Assembly (NCBI GenBank): GCA_048940605.1
Contig: JBHLOJ010000005.1
Coordinates: 8,254-72,253, forward strand
From: Promethearchaeota archaeon
GTDB taxonomy: Archaea; Asgardarchaeota; Lokiarchaeia; Sigyniarchaeales; SOKP01
Length of the DNA: 64,000 nucleotides
Reading direction: 5' to 3'
A program made the translations under genes and the position numbers. Positions 18,963 through 26,616 of this stretch are shown here, in pieces. Every line of letters starts with the position of its first letter. Position 1 is the stretch's first letter. The notes under the pieces were generated by a model that saw only the letters and a list, made by a program, of their open reading frames with translations, had not been told where the DNA came from and made no database searches.

Positions 18963-20717
18963 TTAAAGATTTAATAAATTATCAGGAGAATATTGAGAGC
19001 ATGCTAATAAAGCCCAAAATAACATTCTTAATTCTATTTTATATGCTATTTTATCAATACGCCAATTAAAATCTTTATCAAGATTTTCTAGCGAAAAGAA
19101 TTCTGTAGATTTTATAATGTAATTAAGTAACCTACTACATAATATTGATTCTTGTTCTTTTAAATCGAGTATATCTAGAATTAATAACACCTTGGCAGAT
19201 TCTGTTATTGAATCATCGATAGATCCTTTAGAAGTTAATAATTTTTTAAGTTCATTCATATAAGGCACAAAAAATCTAGCAAGATCAACTTTTTTTTCCA
19301 GACAATTAATTATAGATAACTGACTATAAATATCTAAAGTTGGGTTAAAATTCTTCCTATTTAAGATATCTAAATTTAATACCTGATTTAGTATGTTATT
19401 TTTAAATGACGAAATTACTTCGCTTTTTGCTAGCAGCCTAAAACAAAGAAGAACATAATAAGTCATTTTTAATTTCTCAGGCAGAAACTCCTCCAATTCT
19501 ATTTTAAGAAATTCCTCAGTAGCATTCAGGTTTATAATGTTAGTTCTATGAATTAAATTTAATTCAGTAACAATTGAAAGACCATAAAATATACTAATTG
19601 GATCTGGCATTATATTTTTTGTTATGCTAAAAACCATTTCAGTTGTGTGATTCCTAAGAAAATCTAATATTTCAATTGCTGTGAAAGGAAATTCTATGTT
19701 TGCCATTTTTAAAATAGATATATAGTAGAAGAGATTTTCTAAATCTATAAAATCTGGATTAACCACTCTTGAATTTAAAAAATTACCAATGTTAATTTTG
19801 AATTTATTTAAAATATCTTGATGTACAATGGGTAAATTACCGAATTGGTCAAGAAAATTCACTTTTTGAGACTCAAGAATTAATTCTCTTGGGATAGTTT
19901 TCAAGTTAGTTGAATTTAAAGAAGACAGTTGATTAACTCCTTCTATAGAATCTAGAGGTTTTTTTTCAGAAATCGTGTTTTCAAATTGATCTATTGAAGG
20001 TTTTATCAGTTCTTTTTTTGGTGTTTTTAAAGTTTCAATAAAATCTTTCTTAGCTTCTTGTAATTGTTCAAGTATATTTGGTTCTCCACTGCTTTTCTGT
20101 TCAAGTTTTTCTGTTCCTTTCTCTTTTTTCATGGGGGAGTCGGCTTTTTTTGGATTCATATTGTATGTTTTTATATTAATAGATAAATCTGAAAAATTTA
20201 AATGTTCTTCAATACCCGGGAAAGTAATATAAGATTTAGCTTTGGAATTTAGATATGTTTTTTTAAATTCATCTAATTTATCCTCGAAACTTTGCGTAAT
20301 TAATTTAAATAGCTTCAAAGTTTCTATTTTGTGTGTATCTAAATCCAGTAAATATTCAATTAAGATTTCAAATAGTAGTTTATTGATGTAATCTGCAAAA
20401 TAGAAATTGAAATAAGAATAATAATCATGCAACTCTGGTTTTATTATCCTTTCTGCTTTCAAATAATTATTTTGAATTTTAGATAATTTGTTAATTGGTA
20501 CTCCAATCGTATTTAATCCTGTTTTTATTGCCTTTGACATCTTCAAAAGTGTATTCTTTACATTTTCCTTGCTCTCTTTAGAAGGATCTTCTCTTAAATC
20601 AACATTTTTATACGAAATGAGGTCTCTTAAATATAAATGAGTTTTACCATAATAATCTAACACTTCATTCCTCAAAAATTGTGAGAATTTTGTAAGAAAA
20701 ATAACAATTTCTTCCAT
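18963..20717 (-). CDS. hypothetical protein with a C-terminal alpha-helical repeat region
   Basis: 584-aa ORF. The central part is a K/E/P-rich, probably disordered linker. The C-terminal half has recurring amphipathic helices of about 45 aa (FYYISILKM, FYGLSIVTEL, TYYVLLCFRLL, IYSQLSIINCL, LFWALLACSQY). Confidence 0.55.
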   Translation of the reverse strand: MEEIVIFLTKFSQFLRNEVLDYYGKTHLYLRDLISYKNVDLREDPSKESKENVKNTLLKMSKAIKTGLNTIGVPINKLSKIQNNYLKAERIIKPELHDYYSYFNFYFADYINKLLFEILIEYLLDLDTHKIETLKLFKLITQSFEDKLDEFKKTYLNSKAKSYITFPGIEEHLNFSDLSINIKTYNMNPKKADSPMKKEKGTEKLEQKSSGEPNILEQLQEAKKDFIETLKTPKKELIKPSIDQFENTISEKKPLDSIEGVNQLSSLNSTNLKTIPRELILESQKVNFLDQFGNLPIVHQDILNKFKINIGNFLNSRVVNPDFIDLENLFYYISILKMANIEFPFTAIEILDFLRNHTTEMVFSITKNIMPDPISIFYGLSIVTELNLIHRTNIINLNATEEFLKIELEEFLPEKLKMTYYVLLCFRLLAKSEVISSFKNNILNQVLNLDILNRKNFNPTLDIYSQLSIINCLEKKVDLARFFVPYMNELKKLLTSKGSIDDSITESAKVLLILDILDLKEQESILCSRLLNYIIKSTEFFSLENLDKDFNWRIDKIAYKIELRMLFWALLACSQYSPDNLLNL

Positions 20718-20812
20718 TTCCTAATTTCCTAATATATTCACTAATATATATTGAAAATTATATAACCATATTAACATTTATATGTCATAAAAACATAAAA
20801 CGTTTTCATTTC

Positions 20813-21574
20813 ATGGAGGGTTATAACTATAACCACATTGCAAAAGACTATCATTCAAAAAGAAGAAAACCATGGAGACCGCTTGAGTTCTTTTTAGATT
20901 TTCTGAATAAAAAGAAGTATGAATTCAATGGGATTTGTTTAGATTTAGGATGTGCTAATGGTAGAAACTTTAAAATATTAGGAACTTATCCAAAAAAAGT
21001 AATAGGGATTGATCTATCACTTGAATTCTTAAAGATTGCTCGTGGTGATTTAAGAAATTCTGATCGTTATTCTAAACTTGAAGCAAATCTCATTCAGGTT
21101 CTTCATGCTGATATAAAATATCTTCCCATTAGACCAAATTCAGTCCAAAATATATACTCAATTGCTACAATTCATCATATAAAAAATAAATCCGATAGAA
21201 AAGATTTAATAACACAAATCAATGATATCATTAAGAAAGATGGTAATTTAGTTATTACTGTATGGCGAAAATGGCAAAAAAAATACAGAAGCTATTTTCT
21301 TTTAGATGGCATTAAAAGAAAGCTTAGTTATAATCATGATGAGAAACAAAAAATGGTGGGATTGGAGGAACCGGGTGATAAATTTATCCCATGGAGACTT
21401 ACTGGAGAAGATAAAGCATATTATAGATTTTATCATTTTTTCTCCAAGCGTGAGATAAAGAAATTACTAAAGATCTTTGAGATTAAAGAATTTAAAATAA
21501 TGGGTGGTCCTAATAATAACGATAACTTTTTTATACTTGCTCAAAAAAGAATAAAATTTAATGACATTCAATAG
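20813..21574 (+). CDS. class I SAM-dependent methyltransferase, Trm9/ALKBH8-like
   Basis: Motif I LDLGCANGRN. SIATIHHI, the post-motif VITVWRKWQ, and PW....YYRFYHFFSKREI resemble tRNA mcm5U methyltransferase Trm9. Confidence 0.55.
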   Translation: MEGYNYNHIAKDYHSKRRKPWRPLEFFLDFLNKKKYEFNGICLDLGCANGRNFKILGTYPKKVIGIDLSLEFLKIARGDLRNSDRYSKLEANLIQVLHADIKYLPIRPNSVQNIYSIATIHHIKNKSDRKDLITQINDIIKKDGNLVITVWRKWQKKYRSYFLLDGIKRKLSYNHDEKQKMVGLEEPGDKFIPWRLTGEDKAYYRFYHFFSKREIKKLLKIFEIKEFKIMGGPNNNDNFFILAQKRIKFNDIQ

Positions 21575-22088
21575 AATTATATGATTTTATAATATATGGT
21601 TGATAATTTTCATTCATGTTTTCTATTATGGAAGTGTGAATATCAAATAGTCGTTCAGAAATGTCACAATAGAAAATCCCATGTACAACTTTTTCAACAT
21701 AATATCTCTTTCTTATCATTTTTCTACGCTGACCAAACCAAAACGTAAATTCGTGGCTCATTAACCAATCTCTCTCTTTTTTAGTAACAACAATGCCAAT
21801 TGCATTATAAGTATCAATACTCTTTTCTATTTCTTTATAATAGAAAAGATTCAATCTTTCTCTTTTTTCCCATTTTATTTCAAGTTTGGCATTTGGTCCC
21901 CAAATCTCATCATAATCTGTTTGAGAATGTAAGATAATGTATCCATTATTCTCATCCCCTTTATATTCTATCTCTTTAAACCAAATGGGCATCTTATTAA
22001 TATTTAATTTACATTCTGGCTTATTATATATGTAAAAATTATATTCCATTTTTATGCTCGTTATAAATGATTTAAGTTTTGCAAACAA
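21558..22088 (-). CDS. hypothetical protein
   Basis: 176-aa ORF. Its 3' end overlaps the convergent methyltransferase gene by 17 nt. No motif recognised. Confidence 0.45.
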   Translation of the reverse strand: MFAKLKSFITSIKMEYNFYIYNKPECKLNINKMPIWFKEIEYKGDENNGYIILHSQTDYDEIWGPNAKLEIKWEKRERLNLFYYKEIEKSIDTYNAIGIVVTKKERDWLMSHEFTFWFGQRRKMIRKRYYVEKVVHGIFYCDISERLFDIHTSIIENMNENYQPYIIKSYNSIECH

Positions 22089-22194
22089 ACTTATTTCTAA
22101 AATAAATTATAAATTTATAAAATTTCTGATGTTTGAAAAGACCTTTAATCCAAAAGGATAATAAAAGACTGAAGTAATAAAAGAATTTATAACA

Positions 22195-22803
22195 TTATTT
22201 TATCAAATCTTTACCGTATTCAATCCAATCTTTTAATCTGTCAATAGATACTCCTTTGATTAAAGTCGCTAATTCATCTGGATTTTCTTTACATAGCTCT
22301 TCTATTGTATTAACTCCAAGTTCAATGAATTTTTTTGCTGTTGCAACACCTAATCCGGGTAAATCGGTTAGAGGAGTCCCTTTCACTTCAGCTTTGATTT
22401 TTTCCGCTTTTATAGGTTTTATTTTCTCCTTTTTTATTGTTTTTGGTTTTTCTTTGGATATAGGTGCTTTAGGTGCCTTCTTAACAACCTTTCGTGGTAC
22501 TGCTTTGGGTTTTTCTTTTTTAGGTAGGAAAGGGGTTCGTTTTTTCTCCTTTTGGACAAATGGTTTTCTCTTTTCGACTTCCTTTTTGGCGATTTTTATG
22601 TTCTTAAGTAATTCAATATTCTCACGATAAGCAGATTTTCTAAAATAATCTATGTTAATTTTCATATCTTTCAATTGATTGATATTTCTTCCTGATTCCT
22701 TTATTTCCTTTAAAGAAAAACCTTTAGCTTGCCTCCAATGTGAATCTTTAGCGGGACTTTTTATAGTAGCAGTGATTTCTGTATTACTCTTCATAATTAT
22801 CAC
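22195..22803 (-). CDS. ribosomal protein L13e-like domain fused to a Lys-rich linker and a helix-hairpin-helix domain
   Basis: QAKGFSLKEIKESG...INIDYFRKS...ENIELLK parallels eukaryotic RPL13 GRGFSLEELRVAGI...ISVDPRRRN...ANVQRLK. C-terminal HhH: LTDLPGLGVATAKKFIELGVNTIEEL. Confidence 0.45.
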   Translation of the reverse strand: MIIMKSNTEITATIKSPAKDSHWRQAKGFSLKEIKESGRNINQLKDMKINIDYFRKSAYRENIELLKNIKIAKKEVEKRKPFVQKEKKRTPFLPKKEKPKAVPRKVVKKAPKAPISKEKPKTIKKEKIKPIKAEKIKAEVKGTPLTDLPGLGVATAKKFIELGVNTIEELCKENPDELATLIKGVSIDRLKDWIEYGKDLIK

Positions 22804-22907
22804 ATTGTTATGATGTAGTTTTTATAAACTAAGAAAACTTTTATTTTTTTCTATTTAGATGAAATCGAGTTAAAATTTTGAATTTATTTCCTAGTTTAAT
22901 CTAATTC

Positions 22908-23423
22908 TCAAGATATATTTACTAGCCTAATAATGTCCAGCTTTTCTAATTTCTTAAGGGCATCATTAATATCATTTCTTTTTCTATTTAAAGTTCTTGA
23001 AATCTTCAATGGAGAGGTTTTCCCCGAGCATAATAATGCGATTTGAAATTCAAAATTATCAATCATTCCCATGGTCAATACTTTTTCTAATACATTTTTA
23101 GCAATAAGTAATTTTGGGAATACCTCTGCTATTTTCCCTCCTATAGTCAGATTCTCAATATCTGCATTTAACGTTTGGAACCTACTTTTTTCGGTTGTAG
23201 TTCGGAATACTTTAAGATCAGATTGGTGTTTTTTCCAAAAACGATTAGCAATTTTATGAATAACTTCTTTTATTTTTTCAGTATCATCATCCGCATCTGA
23301 AATTGAACAGAAAAGAATTCTAGATAAAGGATGATAATATATAAAAATTGTTGAATCTTCAGACTCAACTACTCTATTCATCTCATTTACTCGTCTTCCT
23401 TTTTTCATTGATTCTTGTATCAT
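22908..23423 (-). CDS. soluble longin-like + winged-helix protein (annotated part; the homologous frame continues upstream to 23579)
   Basis: Homologous to the cytoplasmic tail of the 1391-aa protein. The C-terminal wHTH-like segment is KTSPLKISRTLNRKRNDINDALKKLEKLDIIRLV. See the finding on the in-frame TAA. Confidence 0.55.
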   Translation of the reverse strand: MIQESMKKGRRVNEMNRVVESEDSTIFIYYHPLSRILFCSISDADDDTEKIKEVIHKIANRFWKKHQSDLKVFRTTTEKSRFQTLNADIENLTIGGKIAEVFPKLLIAKNVLEKVLTMGMIDNFEFQIALLCSGKTSPLKISRTLNRKRNDINDALKKLEKLDIIRLVNIS

Positions 23424-23757
23424 ATCAATTGTTTTATTAATAGCATTAAAAAATCCAGTTAAAGATCTATCTTGAATTTTCTTTAATTCTTTAAATGTTG
23501 TTTCAAAAATTGAGATTCCGTTATCTGCATCGATTAAATATGTTTTATATATAATAGAATCCTCAACCTGACTTTTTCGTTAAGAGATGTAAAAGTTAAA
23601 ATTTGCTTCTATCATTAAACACATAAAAATTTACTATAATAAACGTATCCGAACAAAAACTAAGATATCCATTTCATCTAATAACTAAAGAAATAAAATT
23701 ATAAGTTGAGAGTTTTATACATTTTATAATAAAAATTAATATCCTACAATTTTAACA

Positions 23758-24951
23758 ATGAAAGATAAGGCTAAGTACATTGTAATATATTTACTTTTTT
23801 TCCCTATTGTATTTTCAGCTTATTCAACAAGCCCATTGCTTTCTATGGCATCGTATACTAATCCCTCCATTGCATCACCGATTTTTGGTGTTTCTAATTT
23901 TGAAATAACTCAAAATGTAACATACCAAGTTGAAATCAATTTTACACTGACACAAACCATAGGATCTGGAAATTATTATTTTAAATTTTCTAGAATAAAT
24001 AGTTCATTAGATTTTATGTATACACCACCATATCAAGATAGCGAACTTCTATATAACAATATAACGGGATACGATACGATCCTTATGAATGTTAAAGATA
24101 AATTTAACAATACTCATGATTGGTTTAATGCTACGTTAGGTGCTGGAGAAAATGTTTCAATAAGTCAAAAATATATTGTCGGATTGAATGCAATTAAATT
24201 TTCTGGGATCAGCGAATCTGAGATTGGGATGTATGACACTGCAGATGAAATGTTTGAATTATACTGTAATAAATCAGAACCTTATTATGAAAGGAATGAC
24301 ACGTCTTTAATTTCGTTATCAAATAGTATTGTAAATCCTAGCGATAATCCTATAGAAAAAGCAAAAAAGATTTGTAATTGGGTTTCTGATAATATTGAAT
24401 ATACCGGGGATCTACCTAACGAGATGGGAGCTTTTTGGGCATATAATAATTCAAAAGGTGATTGTAGTGAGTTTTCAAGCTTAATGATTACATTATTGCG
24501 AATTCAAAATATCCCTGCTCGTAAAGTAACAGGTTATTTAGTATCGAATAATCCTTCATTACGCCCAAAACCAGGGGATACGTGGAGTTTTAATGCCAAT
24601 GAAATTATGGGACATGCATGGATGGAATATTATGTTCCTGATATAGGATGGATAGCTTGTGATCCCTTATGGGGATATTTTAATAGAATCGATTATCTTC
24701 GCTTTAATTTAAATGTGGGTGCGAATTTTTTCTTTCCACCTAGTTATATTATAAGTGAATTCGATACATTATTCTATGCAACTTCAGGATTCCATAATTA
24801 TGATTACAACATTACCATTACTGTTATAGAATCTAATCTCGCTCCTTTAGATTCAGTTCCATTGATGTTTTATTTGTTTATTGGAATTGGGTTAGCTGCA
24901 GTATTAATCACTGTTCTTCTTATAATACGAATTAAGAGACACAAAGGATAA
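23758..24951 (+). CDS. secreted, C-terminally anchored transglutaminase-like cysteine protease-fold protein
   Basis: N-terminal signal (YIVIYLLFFPIVFSAYS). Transglutaminase core Cys-His-Asp (GDCSEFSSLM, GHAWMEYY, ACDP). C-terminal TM helix plus RIKRHKG. Confidence 0.75.
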   Translation: MKDKAKYIVIYLLFFPIVFSAYSTSPLLSMASYTNPSIASPIFGVSNFEITQNVTYQVEINFTLTQTIGSGNYYFKFSRINSSLDFMYTPPYQDSELLYNNITGYDTILMNVKDKFNNTHDWFNATLGAGENVSISQKYIVGLNAIKFSGISESEIGMYDTADEMFELYCNKSEPYYERNDTSLISLSNSIVNPSDNPIEKAKKICNWVSDNIEYTGDLPNEMGAFWAYNNSKGDCSEFSSLMITLLRIQNIPARKVTGYLVSNNPSLRPKPGDTWSFNANEIMGHAWMEYYVPDIGWIACDPLWGYFNRIDYLRFNLNVGANFFFPPSYIISEFDTLFYATSGFHNYDYNITITVIESNLAPLDSVPLMFYLFIGIGLAAVLITVLLIIRIKRHKG

Positions 24952-24984
24952 TATTAGTGAATATTAAATTATTTTATTTTTTTT

Positions 24985-26451
24985 TTAAATATACGTATGA
25001 ATTAAATCTACAAGGTTTTTAGAAAAATCTGGTAAATTCTTTTCAATTTTTTCGATTTGGAGAGATTTTTCAATAAATAATAGCAAGTATAGATTATACT
25101 TATCAACCTGGATTTTTTTAAATATTATTTTTTTCGATTCATCTGCTATTCCTGAAGATACTAGAAAATCCTGTTGTAAAATCTTGAACTCTTTGAATGT
25201 TTTATACAGTTCTTGAAAATGAGGAGCAGAAATTTCAAATACTTTTTCAGAAATTTCATCTTTAGAAAAATTAGATAAAATAATTCCATTTTCATTTAAT
25301 AATAATATTGCATCTGAATTGGTTTTTTTAGCAAACTTTTTTAATTGATTTCTAAATAGTTCCCGATTAGGACTCAATTGTGAAAGCCCAAAGGAATATG
25401 CTGTTATTAGACTCCAGTGATCGAAAATACTAGTTTGGAAAATCTTAATTAAGAATCTATCAGAATTCTTCTCTATCTCATCAGCAATTATCTCTAAATT
25501 CTTAAAAATTTCTTTTGAGCCTTTTAAATCTGGATCAAATTTATTTAAGCAAATTACGATAGGAGGGAATTCCTCCAAATCAATTAAGGAGTCTATAATC
25601 TTTCTGAAAAGCTTTAAAGCTTCTCCAATCCTATCAACGTCTTGAATATCAATAAAGAAGTAAATTAGATCAACATTATATAGATAAACTTTACTTTGTT
25701 CAAGGAATCTCTCTCGGTATTGTTTTTGACCAGCTAAATCCCATAGTGTGATCACAGAATTTTGCTCTTCAAAAATATGTTCTTCAGATCTTTCGACTCC
25801 CCTAGTAGGTAAAGCTTTTATAATTTCTGAATACCTTCTTCTTATCCCTAATAGAAAACTTGATTTCCCTGCTTTATCTAATCCTGTTAATAGTACTTTG
25901 ATTTGACGCCTTACAGAGAATGGATCTTTTAGATCTTTTGTGAACTCAAACAATTCCTCTCTAATTTCATCCATAATTCTTTTATGATCGTCCAGTTCTT
26001 TATCTGTTTGTATCTGTGTAGCTGCTTTATCAATCATTATTCTCAAATATTTCATGTTTTCATAAAAAAAGACTCTATCATCCTCATTGATTAATATAGT
26101 AATAGTAGCGGCTAGAGCTTGACCACGTGCAGTTTCTTCAGGAATGAGAAAAAAATATGTTAAACCATTTAATTTCAAATCTGGAAATGGTAAGATACCG
26201 AAATAGTTAACTCCTACATCTGAACCTTGTGAGTCTTGATAAACTGAATCACCCATAAGCAAACTTATAGTTTTCATAGCAATTAAAAGTCCAGATTTCT
26301 CATCTAAATCAATGGGCCAAACAACTCTAGGTGTTGGACCTCTTTCATCGAATATACTTAAAACAATTGCTTTTATTAAGTCAGAGTTGTCAATCTCTGC
26401 ATTTTCTTTATTAACTTGTTTCCCATTCAATTTAGATTCGTTATTAGTCAA
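24985..26451 (-). CDS. three-domain GTPase: novel N-terminal longin-like domain + Rag/Gtr1-like G domain + C-terminal roadblock domain
   Basis: G1 GLDKAGKS, G3 WDLAGQ, G4 NKFD. The G5 region and junction QTSIFDHWSLITAYSFGLSQLSPNRELFRNQLKKFA resemble RagA [34 protein letters not shown]. About 130 aa follow with a roadblock-like alpha-beta-beta-alpha-beta-beta-alpha pattern. Confidence 0.7.
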   Translation of the reverse strand: MTNNESKLNGKQVNKENAEIDNSDLIKAIVLSIFDERGPTPRVVWPIDLDEKSGLLIAMKTISLLMGDSVYQDSQGSDVGVNYFGILPFPDLKLNGLTYFFLIPEETARGQALAATITILINEDDRVFFYENMKYLRIMIDKAATQIQTDKELDDHKRIMDEIREELFEFTKDLKDPFSVRRQIKVLLTGLDKAGKSSFLLGIRRRYSEIIKALPTRGVERSEEHIFEEQNSVITLWDLAGQKQYRERFLEQSKVYLYNVDLIYFFIDIQDVDRIGEALKLFRKIIDSLIDLEEFPPIVICLNKFDPDLKGSKEIFKNLEIIADEIEKNSDRFLIKIFQTSIFDHWSLITAYSFGLSQLSPNRELFRNQLKKFAKKTNSDAILLLNENGIILSNFSKDEISEKVFEISAPHFQELYKTFKEFKILQQDFLVSSGIADESKKIIFKKIQVDKYNLYLLLFIEKSLQIEKIEKNLPDFSKNLVDLIHTYI

Positions 26452-26616
26452 TTTATCCCCATAACTTTGGTCATAAAGTAATAATTTTGAAACTAACTTA
26501 TTCTCTTCTTTAGAGTATAATATGATAAAATCAATATATTACTTTAATATACTCAAAATAATAATTACTATTAAATAATTACTTTTATCTCCCAAAAATC
26601 TAGTTATTTTAATCTT

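Noticed and set aside
18963-20717. Idea that the helical-repeat protein is a prenyltransferase beta-subunit-like alpha/alpha toroid serving the Rab-like GTPases.
   Set aside because: No GGFxGR-type repeat motif or Zn ligands are visible, and none of the GTPases has a C-terminal Cys to prenylate.
22256-22630. 124-aa plus-strand ORF opposite the L13e-like gene.
   Set aside because: It mirrors the Lys-rich linker, which reads as F/S/G-rich in antisense. It has no independent support.
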